Assembly: GCF_000737315.1 (NCBI RefSeq)
Contig: NZ_JMCB01000005.1
Span: forward strand, 20,001 to 268,000
DNA length: 248,000 nucleotides
Direction of reading: 5' to 3'
DNA from: Hyalangium minutum
Lineage (GTDB): Bacteria; Myxococcota; Myxococcia; Myxococcales; Myxococcaceae
The notes below the pieces were generated by a model. It saw nothing but the letters and a program-made list of their open reading frames with translations, did not search any database and was not told the origin of the DNA. The position numbers and the translations under genes are program-made. Below are positions 50,814-61,199 of this stretch, piece by piece; the first letter of the stretch is position 1, and the number at the start of each line of letters is the position of its first letter.

Positions 50814-51947
50814 TCATGCCGCCGAGAGCTTCAGGTCCTTGTTCAGTCCAGCGTCCCGGCTCACGCGCCAGATCTTCTGATCCAGGTAGTAGTGGTGCAG
50901 GGCGAAGCCCCAGATGAAGCCCGAGGCCAGGTCTCTCAGCGAGAGGCCTGCGCCGAGCATCAGCTTCGCGTCGAACGTGCCGCAGCCGGGGTGCAAGCCG
51001 AAGCCGCAGCCCAGCGCGCGGTAGGCCAGGGTGAAGGCCACGCCACACGCCGCATAGATGAGGAAGCGCCCGCTGATGCGCGGCGCGAGCCCGAAGTCGG
51101 CGTGCTCCACGCCGGGCCCGTGGTAGCGGTTGCGGTGATAGAACCAGACGATGCCGTGGTACTGGACGTTGTGGAACGCCGTCACCACCACGGCGACCAT
51201 GAGAAACTCCACGCGGCGCGCCACCCCGGGCAGGAAGAGCAGCACACTCAGCCCGATCGCCGCAGCCAGCAGCAGCACCTTGGGCCCGTTGATGCCGAGG
51301 CCCTGGCGCCACCGCTGGAACTGCCGCGCGGCGAAGAGCGCCACCACCGCGAAGGTCACCGCCCAGCACGCCCAGGCCAGGTTCTCCTCCACCCCCGGCT
51401 GCGGCCCCAGCCCGAGCAGCCTGCGCGCCACCGGGTGCGTGACGGCGAAGGCCCCGAACGGCGCCAGCAGCCCTCCATACAGCGTGAGGCTGTCCACCCG
51501 GCGATCCACTGGGAGCGTGTCCCGGTTCTTCCGCTGGTAGAGCGTCATCAGCCCGTAGTGCTGGCGCACCACGTGCCAGTAGGCCCACAGGCTGGCGAAG
51601 GTCAGGAACAGGTCGAACGGCAGCCGCTGGCCCAGCAGCACCGAGACCCCAAAAATCAGGGGACCCGCGGCGAACCAGCCCAGGCTGCCGAGCAGCAGCC
51701 GGCGCCTCGCCGTGCGCTCCCGACGGTCCAGGTAGGTCCTCGAAAGCGTGGCGAAGATGTGCGGCCCGTCCAGCGTGAGCACCCACATCCACCACAGCAC
51801 CAGGCCGCTCACGCCCACGCCCAGATGGAGGCCGAGCAGCACGAGGCTCGCAGCCAGCCCTCCCACGGTGGAGAGCAGATCATGCCGGCGATCGACGAGC
51901 CAGCCCGCGTGCAGGGGGACGGCGGGGGCGGCGGAGACTGCGCTCAT
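50814..51947 (-). CDS. uncharacterised polytopic membrane protein
   Basis: PHIFAT, WHVVRQHYG, FHNVQYH, HHYYLD motifs. Confidence 0.65.
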   Translation of the reverse strand: MSAVSAAPAVPLHAGWLVDRRHDLLSTVGGLAASLVLLGLHLGVGVSGLVLWWMWVLTLDGPHIFATLSRTYLDRRERTARRRLLLGSLGWFAAGPLIFGVSVLLGQRLPFDLFLTFASLWAYWHVVRQHYGLMTLYQRKNRDTLPVDRRVDSLTLYGGLLAPFGAFAVTHPVARRLLGLGPQPGVEENLAWACWAVTFAVVALFAARQFQRWRQGLGINGPKVLLLAAAIGLSVLLFLPGVARRVEFLMVAVVVTAFHNVQYHGIVWFYHRNRYHGPGVEHADFGLAPRISGRFLIYAACGVAFTLAYRALGCGFGLHPGCGTFDAKLMLGAGLSLRDLASGFIWGFALHHYYLDQKIWRVSRDAGLNKDLKLSAA

Positions 51948-52114
51948 TCAGGGCTCCTGCGACGCGTGGGGTCCGAGCCCGTCAAGGATGCCATGGGGTG
52001 GGTGGATCCGCTGGGTGAGGCATGTGCCTACACAGTGAAGGTGCGGCCAAACAAGCGTGCTTTGGGGAAATTAAGAGCTTGAGCGAGGGGTATCGGAGCG
52101 CGACAGTTCTGATC

Positions 52115-55100
52115 ATGGAACAGGGGCGGCGCGCGACAGACCGGAAAGCCGTAGGTCTGCTGGTGAAGCTCAAGCACTCGGATGTGGGGAGCTTCGCAGA
52201 GGAGTTCGCCACCAACTTGAGCCCTGGCGGCATGTTCATTCGCACGCGTACACCGCAGGCGGTGGGCACGCTTGTGAAGTTCGAGGTGCAGATTGCCGGC
52301 GGCGTCCGCGTGCTGCGCGGCACGGCCGTGGTGCGCTGGGTGCGCGAGACGACCAACGAGGAAGGCCCTCCGGGCATGGGGCTCCAGTTCCAGGAACTGG
52401 ACCCGGTCACCCAGTCGCTCATCGATCGGATGCTGCAGCTCAGCAAGGCGGCCGCTTCAGCGGGTGGGGCCGCGGCGGCGGGGGACAAACCCTCCGTGGA
52501 CGTGGAGGCGCTGGAGCGGGAGATGCTGGCCAAGGGCATGCTGGACCGGGTCGGCAAGCGCATCACCGCCTCGCGCCTGCCTGCCATCGCGCCCTCCGTT
52601 GCCCCGGTCTCCCGAACGGCGCCCAAGCAGGGCCCCGGTGCGAAGCGCCAGGCCGAGGAGCTCCCCTCGGGCCCGATGCTGACCGATGAGCGGCTGGAGG
52701 AGAGCGCCGATCTGGGCGACCTCATGGACGATCTCGAGTCGATGGGCTCGCAGATCGGCAAGCCCGGCAAGCCGCCCGTGTACTCGGTGCACACGGCTCC
52801 CACGCCCGTGCCCCTGGCCGTGCCCCCTCCCGGCGAAGATGACGTGAACATCGCCGTCGATGACCTGCTTTTGGTCACCCCGGAGTCTGCTTCCGCGTCC
52901 TCCGAGGTGAAGTTCGAGGTCGTCGACGAGCCCATGCCCGACATCGACTTCGAGATGGAGTCGTTGGGCGGGGATCTGCCCGTGGCCGTGGGCATGGCGC
53001 TGGAGGACGCCGAGGTGGCCCCCGTCCTTCAGGGCCAGCCCGTGCCTCCTCCTCCTCCGGCTGCACCCGCTCGTCCTGCGGCTCCGCTGCCGCCCGTGGC
53101 GAAGGCCTACCCTGCCGTAGCGCCGCAGCCTGCTCCCTCTGTGCAGGCTGCTCCGCCCCCGCCCCCGGTCTCCGCCGCGCCCCAGGTCCCGCCGCCCGCT
53201 CCGCCGCCTCCGGCCGCTCCGCCGCCTCCTCCGGCCGCCGCGGCTCCTCCAGCTCCGCTCAAGCCTGCGTTCGACGTGGATGTCGAGCTGGGCCTCATTG
53301 GCCCCAAGCTGGTGAACCAGTCGGACTCGCCGGACTTCAAGCCTGGCAAGGGCGTGGAGTTCGAGCTGAACCTCGGAAGCGGCGAGGACATCGACGTCGA
53401 CAAGCCGGGTCAGAAGCCTCGGCGCAAGCCTCCCAACCGCGCGCCGCCGCTCCCTGCCGCTACGCCTCCGTCTTCAGGGCCCGCGCCCTCGGCTCCTCGT
53501 TCGTTCCCCGCGGGGGCGCCCGAGGCTCGTGCGGAGGCGCCGCGTCCCGCTGCGCCCGTTCCCGGGAGCGCTGCCGCGCCTGCGCCCGCGCCTCCCCGGC
53601 CGCCGGTTCCCGAGGCTCCCCCCAAGATGGTCTTCCCGCCGACCGTCTTCCTGCATCCGCCCGAGCCAGTGGTGGGCACGGGGCCGGTGATAGGCATCGA
53701 TCTGGGCACCACCAACTCGTGCGTGGCCATCATGACGGGGGGCCGTCCCCAGGTGTTGCGCTCGAAGGAGGGCTACAACACCATCCCCTCGGTCATCTCG
53801 ATCAGCTCGCAGGGCAAGCTGCTCGTGAGCCACCGGGCCAAGAGCCAGCTCGTCATGCGCCCCACGCAGACGGTCTACGGCGCGAAGCGCATTGTCGGCC
53901 GTCCCTATGAGAGCGCCGTGGTGAAGCAGGTCCGCGAGCGCTTCCACTACGAGATCGTCCCCGACGCGCTGGGCCGTGCCGCCGTGCGCGTGGCCGACAA
54001 GGTGCTCTCGCTGGAGGAGGTGCAGGGCCTCATCCTCAAGGAGTGCAAGGAGATGGCTGAGCAGCACCTCGGCCAGAAGGTGGAGCGGGCGGTGGTGACG
54101 GTGCCCGCCTACTACTCCGAGCCGCAGCGCGAGGCCGTGCGCAAGTCCGGCGCCCTGGCGGGCCTGAAGGTCGAGCGCATCCTCAACGAGCCCACCTCCG
54201 CGGCGCTGGCCTACGGCCTCAACCGCGAGATGGACAAGCGGGTGCTGGTCTACGACCTGGGCGGCGGTACCTTCGACGCGACCATCCTGCGCATCGAGAA
54301 GAACGTCTTCGAGGTGCTGGCCACCGGCGGTGACATCTTCCTGGGCGGTCTCGACCTCGACAACGCCATCGTCGACTTCCTGCTGGAGCGCTTCCAGCAG
54401 CTGGAGAACGTGCCCTTCCAGGGAGACGGCGTGGCCCTGTCGCGCGTGAGTGACGCGGCCGAGAAGGCGAAGATCGCCCTCTCCGAGCGCCAGCACTACG
54501 AGGTCCATATCCCGATGCTGATGATGGACGAGATCGGCCGACCGAGGGACCTCAACTTCACGATGACGCGCGCGGACCTGGAGCGCATCTGCGAGAGCCT
54601 GGTGTCGCGCACGCTGGATGTGGTGCGGGACGTGCTGCTGGACGCGCGGCTGAAGCCCAGCGACATCGACGACATCATCCTCGTGGGCGGTCAGGCGCGC
54701 ATGCCGCTGGTGCGCGAGAAGATCAAATCGCTGTTCGGCAAGTCGGCGCACTCGAGCGTGAACGCGGACGAGGCGGTGGCGCTGGGCGCGGCGCTGTACT
54801 CGACGGCGATCGACAAGGTGAGCAGCGTGGTGCTCATCGACGTGCTGCCGATGACGATCGGTCTGGCGATGCCGGGCGGCTCGTTCCAGCGCGTCATCGA
54901 GCGCAACACCCCGCTGCCGGCGCAGCGCTCGTTCGCGGTGGCGACCTCCCGGGACGACGAGGAGGTGCTGGAGCTGTCCATCTTCCAAGGAGAGGACAAC
55001 CACATCTCCGCCAACGAATACCTGGGCACCGTGCGGCTGGAGGGACTGCCGAAGGGCCCGAAGGGCTCGGTGCGCGTGGCGGTGACGATCAAGCTGGACG

Positions 55101-55315
55101 CGGAGTGTGTGCTCTACGTCGAGGCCCGGGAGTACCAGACGCGCAAGACGGTGCGGGCGACGCTGGCCACGCGGTACACGCCGGAGGAGTTGGCCCAACA
55201 GCTCAAGGTGGACGCGAACGCGGCGCGCGCAGCCGAGGAGCGCCGGGGCGCGGATCTGCGCGAGCGCGCGGGCCGCTTCTGGGGCTTCCTCAAGAAGGTG
55301 GTGGGCCGGTCCTGA
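52115..55315 (+). CDS. PilZ-type (TIGR02266-like) / Pro-rich / Hsp70 fusion
   Basis: NLSPGGMFI; IDLGTTNS; DLGGGTFD. Confidence 0.85.
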   Translation: MEQGRRATDRKAVGLLVKLKHSDVGSFAEEFATNLSPGGMFIRTRTPQAVGTLVKFEVQIAGGVRVLRGTAVVRWVRETTNEEGPPGMGLQFQELDPVTQSLIDRMLQLSKAAASAGGAAAAGDKPSVDVEALEREMLAKGMLDRVGKRITASRLPAIAPSVAPVSRTAPKQGPGAKRQAEELPSGPMLTDERLEESADLGDLMDDLESMGSQIGKPGKPPVYSVHTAPTPVPLAVPPPGEDDVNIAVDDLLLVTPESASASSEVKFEVVDEPMPDIDFEMESLGGDLPVAVGMALEDAEVAPVLQGQPVPPPPPAAPARPAAPLPPVAKAYPAVAPQPAPSVQAAPPPPPVSAAPQVPPPAPPPPAAPPPPPAAAAPPAPLKPAFDVDVELGLIGPKLVNQSDSPDFKPGKGVEFELNLGSGEDIDVDKPGQKPRRKPPNRAPPLPAATPPSSGPAPSAPRSFPAGAPEARAEAPRPAAPVPGSAAAPAPAPPRPPVPEAPPKMVFPPTVFLHPPEPVVGTGPVIGIDLGTTNSCVAIMTGGRPQVLRSKEGYNTIPSVISISSQGKLLVSHRAKSQLVMRPTQTVYGAKRIVGRPYESAVVKQVRERFHYEIVPDALGRAAVRVADKVLSLEEVQGLILKECKEMAEQHLGQKVERAVVTVPAYYSEPQREAVRKSGALAGLKVERILNEPTSAALAYGLNREMDKRVLVYDLGGGTFDATILRIEKNVFEVLATGGDIFLGGLDLDNAIVDFLLERFQQLENVPFQGDGVALSRVSDAAEKAKIALSERQHYEVHIPMLMMDEIGRPRDLNFTMTRADLERICESLVSRTLDVVRDVLLDARLKPSDIDDIILVGGQARMPLVREKIKSLFGKSAHSSVNADEAVALGAALYSTAIDKVSSVVLIDVLPMTIGLAMPGGSFQRVIERNTPLPAQRSFAVATSRDDEEVLELSIFQGEDNHISANEYLGTVRLEGLPKGPKGSVRVAVTIKLDAECVLYVEAREYQTRKTVRATLATRYTPEELAQQLKVDANAARAAEERRGADLRERAGRFWGFLKKVVGRS

Positions 55316-55361
55316 GGCCCCCCTCTGGCTCCCACGGGAGCGGTGCTGGTAGACGTGGCGT

Positions 55362-57044
55362 ATGTCGCGTCTCCCTGCCTCGCTGATCCTCCTCGCCATG
55401 ACCGGGGCCTGTGGCTCGGGCTCTGGTGGCGGTCCTGGTCCTTCGAATCCCGGGACGACTCCGAACACTCCTGCGGTCGAGATTACTCCGGCGGCGGGGG
55501 ACGAGTGGTATCGCAAGGCCGTCTTCTACGAGGTCTTCGTCCGGAGCTTCCAGGACTCGAATGGAGACGGGAAGGGGGACCTGAAGGGCCTCCTGTCGCG
55601 CCTGGACTATCTCAACGACGGCGATCCGAACACGACGCAGGACCTGGGCGTGGATGCGCTGTGGCTCATGCCCATCTTCGAGTCGCCGAGCTACCACGGC
55701 TATGACGTGGTGGACTACGAGCGCATCGAGCCGGACTACGGCACCCTGGAGGACTTCGAGCTGCTGTGCGTCGAGGCCCACAAACGGGGGATGCGCGTCA
55801 TCCTCGACTTCGTGATCAACCACTCGGGGGTAGGGCACCCGTGGTTCGTGGAGTCCGCCTCGTCGCCCACGTCGGCAAAGCGCGGCTGGTACGTGTGGAA
55901 GGATCAGGATCCGGGCTGGAAGCAGCCATGGAGCCAGTTCTCGAACACCCCCACGTGGCACAAGCGCAACGGCGCCTACTACTACGGCGTGTTCTGGGAC
56001 GGGATGCCGGACCTGAACATGCAGAACGCGGAGCTGCGCGCGGAGGTGAAGCGCCTGGCCTCGCTGTGGCTCGAGCGCGGCGCGGATGGCTTTCGGCTGG
56101 ATGCCGCGCGCTACCTCATCGAGACGGGGGCGGGCGCGGGCCAGGCGGACACTCCGGAGACGCACGCCTTCTGGAAGGAGTTCGCCGCGCACGTGCGGCA
56201 GGCCAAGCCGGACGCGGTGCTGGTGGGGGAGAACTGGAGCACCACGCCCATTGTCGCCACCTATTACGGCTCGACGGCGAAGGTGCCGGGTGGCGACGAG
56301 CTGCCGCTCAACTTCAACTTCGGTATCTCCGAGCAGATCCTCGCGGGGCTCAATGGCAACAATGCGGCGCCCATCGCGGCGAAGCTGGCGGAGATGGCGC
56401 GCGTATACCCGGCAGGGGTGAGCGATGCGCCCTTCCTCACGAACCACGACATGGTGCGGCTGTCCACGCAGCTCAGTGGGAACGCGGGCAAGCTGGCCAA
56501 TGCGGCGGCGCTGCTGCTCACCCTGCCTGGGGCTCCCTTCCTCTATTATGGAGAGGAGCTGGGAATGTCGAACGGTGGCGAGAACAACGACGAGTCCAAG
56601 CGCACGCCGATGCCCTGGAACGGCACGGCGGGAGGTGGCTTCACCACGGGGACGCCCTGGTACAGCTTCTCGGGGGGGTACACGTCGGGGCGCAACGTGG
56701 CTGCCCAGGAGAACGCTGCGGGCTCGTTGTTGTCGCGCTACCGGGCGCTGATCCGGGCGCGCCATGCCTCGGAGGCGCTGAGCCGCGGGGGACTCAAGCT
56801 CCTCTCGTCGACGCAGGGGACTCAGGTCATGCTCTCCTTCGTGCGCACGCTGGGCGAGGAGCGGGTGCTGGTGGTGCACAACGTCACGGACTACAACGTG
56901 TCCGCGGGCCCGTTCGACCTGCCGGGTACCACGCCCGAGATTCTCTTCGCCGACAGCAACGTCTCCGCGCTCACGAAGACCGCCACCGGTTGGCAGGCGA
57001 GCCTGCCGCCTCGCACCACGGGCATCTGGCGCCTGAAGCCGTGA
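55362..57044 (+). CDS. GH13 alpha-amylase family lipoprotein
   Basis: YHGYDV, GFRLDAA, VGE, NHD. Confidence 0.9.
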   Translation: MSRLPASLILLAMTGACGSGSGGGPGPSNPGTTPNTPAVEITPAAGDEWYRKAVFYEVFVRSFQDSNGDGKGDLKGLLSRLDYLNDGDPNTTQDLGVDALWLMPIFESPSYHGYDVVDYERIEPDYGTLEDFELLCVEAHKRGMRVILDFVINHSGVGHPWFVESASSPTSAKRGWYVWKDQDPGWKQPWSQFSNTPTWHKRNGAYYYGVFWDGMPDLNMQNAELRAEVKRLASLWLERGADGFRLDAARYLIETGAGAGQADTPETHAFWKEFAAHVRQAKPDAVLVGENWSTTPIVATYYGSTAKVPGGDELPLNFNFGISEQILAGLNGNNAAPIAAKLAEMARVYPAGVSDAPFLTNHDMVRLSTQLSGNAGKLANAAALLLTLPGAPFLYYGEELGMSNGGENNDESKRTPMPWNGTAGGGFTTGTPWYSFSGGYTSGRNVAAQENAAGSLLSRYRALIRARHASEALSRGGLKLLSSTQGTQVMLSFVRTLGEERVLVVHNVTDYNVSAGPFDLPGTTPEILFADSNVSALTKTATGWQASLPPRTTGIWRLKP

Positions 57045-57076
57045 AGTTGCCAGTTGCGGGGTGCTACATTTTGGGC

Positions 57077-57880
57077 ATGTCCCGCATCTGGCTCGTGCTC
57101 GTCTTGGTGTGTGCCCTGGCTCCACTGCAGGGAAGCGCCCAGAGTTCGCCGCCGCCGCTGGTCCCGTCGGCTCCCGAGGAGGACCCATATGATCCCAAGG
57201 GAGGCCCTACCAGCAGCGATCCCTATGGTGGCTACGATGACGAGCCAGCGCCCAGACGGAGCTCCGCTGACGGCGAGGAAAAGCCCAAGGAAGAGATCAT
57301 CCCCCATAAAGGGACGTCCTCGAGAGGCTCGAGGGCAAACAATGGGCGCGTCATCGGCGAGGCCGTGGTGGGGGGGCTGTTTGGGGTAGCGGGGGCCGTG
57401 CCGGGCTTGCTGATGATGTCAGAGCTCTGCCTGACAAGTGACTGTGACGACAGCGTCAACTCCCAGTTTTTCACGGGCATGGCGTTGGCCTTCACAGGAT
57501 GGACGCTGGGCTCGGGGCTCGGCATCGTGGTGGGAGGCAGCCTTGCCGGAGGCGAGGGTGACTTTCTGGCAACGCTGGGGGGATCTGCCTTGGGAGCGTT
57601 GGTGGGAGTGGGCGGGAGCCTGGCCACCCTCGGGCTCTCCCTGGCGCTGCATTCGGTCAGTGAGGGGCTCGGGATCCTGGCGCTCGTCATCACAGTGCCA
57701 CTCGTGAGCCTTCCCCTCCTCGTCTTGGGCCCCCTTGTGGGTGGAATCCGTTTCTACGAGAGCTCCCACGAGAGCGCCGTTGCACAACAGCAAGGGGCCA
57801 GCGCCAGTGTGCGGATGGTTCCGGTCATCAGCGTGAGCCCCTCGGGCGGGCTCGTCGCGGGGCTCATGGGGCGGTTCTGA
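57077..57880 (+). CDS. hypothetical secreted/membrane protein
   Basis: Signal peptide, Gly-rich TM segments. Confidence 0.55.
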   Translation: MSRIWLVLVLVCALAPLQGSAQSSPPPLVPSAPEEDPYDPKGGPTSSDPYGGYDDEPAPRRSSADGEEKPKEEIIPHKGTSSRGSRANNGRVIGEAVVGGLFGVAGAVPGLLMMSELCLTSDCDDSVNSQFFTGMALAFTGWTLGSGLGIVVGGSLAGGEGDFLATLGGSALGALVGVGGSLATLGLSLALHSVSEGLGILALVITVPLVSLPLLVLGPLVGGIRFYESSHESAVAQQQGASASVRMVPVISVSPSGGLVAGLMGRF

Positions 57881-57881
57881 A

Positions 57882-58835
57882 TCAGTGCACGGGCACCACT
57901 GCGGGCCATGGAGGCGGGTTCGGCCCGAGCACCTGCTCCTGCGTCACTCCCTCCGGCACCACCAGGTCCACCACCGGTGACTGGTTCGCCGCTCCCAACC
58001 TCCCTCCACCAAAAAACTCCTTCGAATCTCCCGGCACGATGGGCAGCACCATGGACGCTCTGGGGCCCTCCTTCCCGAACAGCGAGGACAGGTTCACCTT
58101 GTTCTCGAACAGAGCCCCTGTCACCGCGAGCGCGTAGCCCCACTCCGGCCGAGGCGCGCCGCCAAAGAAGTCGTTCGGCACGAAGAACTCCACCGTCGCC
58201 CCTGTCACGCGCACGCGCGTGGGGAAGAACACCTGCCCCGTCAGCTTGCGCTCCACCTCCGACTCCACCTCGCGCTGCGCGGCCTCGCCCAGGGAGCCTT
58301 GCTGGCGGATCCGCTCCTCGCGCTCCTCCCGTTGCCACTCTCCGCGCAGCTGGTCCCGCGCGTCATACGGCCGAGGCGTGAGCACGATGGCTTTCTCCCA
58401 CGCGCTCCCCGGAGCCAGCGAGAGGTTCCGCCCCGGCAGCGTCTCCGTGCGGCCCGAGCCCTCCACCCGATCCGTATCCACGTACAGGTCCAGGTTGAAC
58501 GTGTAGAACCCGAGCCGCGCCTTCTGCGCCTGCGTCTCTCCGGCGATGTCCACCGTCCGCGCCGCCTGGGGCTTCGCGATGGGCCGCGCGAAGGTCGCCT
58601 CGAACCGCGTGCCGTCATCCTCCGGGTACGCCACCAACAACAGCAGATCCATTGAGCCCGGCCCCAGGTCCTCGCGCAGCGGATAGCGCAAGTCCCCATC
58701 TCCGTGGTCATCCCCGCGCGGATCCGCCAGGGTGAAGAGCGGGGCAGTCCCTCCGGTGCTCCGGGAGAGGCACGCGCTGGCCAGCACGGCCCCCAGCGCG
58801 AGCGGCAGCAGGGCGCGGCGAAGCGGAAGCATCAA
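57882..58835 (-). CDS. glucodextranase DOMON-like lipoprotein
   Basis: ASAC lipobox; DPRGDDHGDG.LRYP. Confidence 0.7.
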   Translation of the reverse strand: MMLPLRRALLPLALGAVLASACLSRSTGGTAPLFTLADPRGDDHGDGDLRYPLREDLGPGSMDLLLLVAYPEDDGTRFEATFARPIAKPQAARTVDIAGETQAQKARLGFYTFNLDLYVDTDRVEGSGRTETLPGRNLSLAPGSAWEKAIVLTPRPYDARDQLRGEWQREEREERIRQQGSLGEAAQREVESEVERKLTGQVFFPTRVRVTGATVEFFVPNDFFGGAPRPEWGYALAVTGALFENKVNLSSLFGKEGPRASMVLPIVPGDSKEFFGGGRLGAANQSPVVDLVVPEGVTQEQVLGPNPPPWPAVVPVH

Positions 58836-58915
58836 CGAGACTCCGTGGGAAAAAAGAGAGCCCGGCGAGCGTCGCCGCGCGCCGGGCCCTTCTCAAGCAA
58901 GAAGCGTGAGGCTGA

Positions 58916-61108
58916 CTAGAACTGAGCCTTCATGAACGCCTTCGCGCGGATGTGGTCGAACTCGCGCGTCTCCAGGCTGTTCCACCCGGAGAAGCGGTTG
59001 CGGAAACCCCGCGAGCCCACCTTCACGTTGTGGTCCTTGGCCGTCTGCTCGTCCGCGATCTGCTCCACGAAGCCCGAGCCGAAGTCCGGATCGAACGTGC
59101 CGAACGCGTACTGGCCCTCCAGGCCGAACTCCACGCCCGCGAGGATGTACTTGGCCCGCACCACCACCGAGTTCTTGTTGTGGTAGCCCGAGGCCATCTC
59201 GTGCAGGTTGTACGCCTGGAACGCCGTGTTGCCGTCGAACAGGTCCGCCAGGTACTTCGTGTAGCTCACCGAAGCATACAGGTCATCCGACAGCTGGTAG
59301 CCCGCGCCCGCCGTGAAGGCGTAGTAGCGCAGCAGCCGGTCGTCGTCCGACAGGCTGTCGAAGGGCTTCCACTGGTAGCCCGTCTGGTCCCCCACGGTGA
59401 TGACGTTCGGGTTGCCGAACGTGTCCGCCGTGGACAGGCCCGGCGAGTACTCGTTCTTCAGATCCGCGCAGGCCTCGGTGCCACCGGGGCACGCACCCGC
59501 CTTGTACGGCAGGAAGCGCGAGTCGTTGATGCGCTTGTCCGTCTCGTGGATGAACTTCGCCTTGCCGAAGATGTCGATGCCCCGGCCGAAGTCCAGCACG
59601 TAGCGCGCCTTGAGCACCGCGATGTGCGTCTTCTTGTCCTGGAAGGGCTGGAAGGCCGTGCGGAAGTTGTGGCCCACGCCCGAGTCCAGCTCCGTCGTCG
59701 GGTACGGTGTCTTCGTGTAAGAGGTGTCCGGGCTGTCGTACGCCTGCCAGTTGGTGTTGTAGGTGATGTACGAGTACTCACCCGACAAATCCAGGCCGCC
59801 GTTGCCGTAGACCGGGTTCACCGTGAAGCCCTTCCAGCCGATGGCCGTCTCCGCGAAGGGCTCGTCGAAGTCCGTGAACTCGTTGTCCACGTTGATCGTC
59901 GCCACCTGCTGGGACTCACCCGTCCACCCGCCGTAGCCAATGCGCGTGGGGTTGCCGTTGAACACGCCGTACGAGGCGTTCGAGGGGCCCGGGAAGGCGA
60001 AGCTCGCGTCATGGCCTTCCGTGAGCAGCACGTCCGACTCGCGGCGCGCCGCCATGATGGCCACGTAGTCCGAGCCGATGCTGAAGCCCTGCAGGTTCAC
60101 CGACAGCCCGATGTCCAGCGGATCGCTCAGCGTCACGTCCACCTTGAAGCTGTTGTCCTCGTGGCGGCCGGCGATCACCGGCGAGTAGCCGTTGAGGCCG
60201 AAGTCCGCGGGCGTCAGCACCGGGTCCGCGTTGCTGTACGAGTGGTACAGCGAGCCGCGGATGTCCACCTTGTCGCTCAGGCGCAGGCCGGCCTTCACGC
60301 CGCCCACGCCGTTGCGGAAGCGCGGCACCAGGTCGCGCCCATCGTCCATGTTGTTGTCCACCGTGGTGGGGGCGATCTCCGCGTCGCGCACGTAGCTGAA
60401 GATGCCGCCCACATCGAGCGCGTCGCTCAGCGCCCACTTGGTCTGGAAGCCGTACGCCGCGTCCGCCGCGTGGAACAGGCCCGTGCTGAAGGACGGACCG
60501 GCCCACAGGCGCGGCAGGCTGATGCGGGTCGCATCCCAGGTGATCTTCCGGTCGAACGCCGAGCCCTGGAGGAGGATGCCGTGCGCGTTGTCACGGTCGA
60601 TGTAGCGGATGCGGCCGATGACGTACGGATCGAACTGGCCGAAGTCATTGGCGCCGATGGTGGCTGAGTCGATCAGGTAGCCCGGGGTGATGATCACCGC
60701 CACGCCGCGCAGCTTGATGTACTGGTTGGAGCGCGGATCGAACTCGCCGCAGTCGCCGCTCACGCAGGGCTTGGACGGGTCACCGCCGAAGCCGCCGAAG
60801 TTCGTCCAGAAGTTCTGGCTGAACCGGCTGTGGATGCGGCCCTTCACCTCCACCTGGCTGGAGAGCCGGGCGTTGAGCAACAGCTCGAGCTCCGTGCCCT
60901 GGCCGTTGTCGCCATAGCCCTCGCCGGGGATGGTGGTGAAGTTGTACATGGCGCCCTGCTCTCGCAGGTTGCCGTAGAGCCACTTGGTGTACGTGGTGCC
61001 GCCAATCTGCAGCTTCGGCGCGTCCTGGGCGATGGCGGGCGCCACGGGCAGCAGCACAGCGGAGGCGGCGAGCGCCAGCGCGCTCCTCCGCAGAGACTTC
61101 TTCGACAT
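58916..61108 (-). CDS. putative outer-membrane beta-barrel protein
   Basis: Signal peptide, amphipathic beta strands, C-terminal Phe; first gene of sugar operon. Confidence 0.6.
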   Translation of the reverse strand: MSKKSLRRSALALAASAVLLPVAPAIAQDAPKLQIGGTTYTKWLYGNLREQGAMYNFTTIPGEGYGDNGQGTELELLLNARLSSQVEVKGRIHSRFSQNFWTNFGGFGGDPSKPCVSGDCGEFDPRSNQYIKLRGVAVIITPGYLIDSATIGANDFGQFDPYVIGRIRYIDRDNAHGILLQGSAFDRKITWDATRISLPRLWAGPSFSTGLFHAADAAYGFQTKWALSDALDVGGIFSYVRDAEIAPTTVDNNMDDGRDLVPRFRNGVGGVKAGLRLSDKVDIRGSLYHSYSNADPVLTPADFGLNGYSPVIAGRHEDNSFKVDVTLSDPLDIGLSVNLQGFSIGSDYVAIMAARRESDVLLTEGHDASFAFPGPSNASYGVFNGNPTRIGYGGWTGESQQVATINVDNEFTDFDEPFAETAIGWKGFTVNPVYGNGGLDLSGEYSYITYNTNWQAYDSPDTSYTKTPYPTTELDSGVGHNFRTAFQPFQDKKTHIAVLKARYVLDFGRGIDIFGKAKFIHETDKRINDSRFLPYKAGACPGGTEACADLKNEYSPGLSTADTFGNPNVITVGDQTGYQWKPFDSLSDDDRLLRYYAFTAGAGYQLSDDLYASVSYTKYLADLFDGNTAFQAYNLHEMASGYHNKNSVVVRAKYILAGVEFGLEGQYAFGTFDPDFGSGFVEQIADEQTAKDHNVKVGSRGFRNRFSGWNSLETREFDHIRAKAFMKAQF

Positions 61109-61199
61109 GATGTGAACCCCTCCTCCAGGGCCAGACGGCACCGCGGGGAAGACAGCCCCCGCGGCGGTCCAGCCAAGTCCTTAGTGAATCGGTACCGCG

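Noticed and set aside
53030-53640. Pro/Ala tandem-like repeats (also 31320-32100, 137800-139400, 235170-235230)
   Set aside because: In-frame low-complexity protein linkers, not DNA repeat elements.
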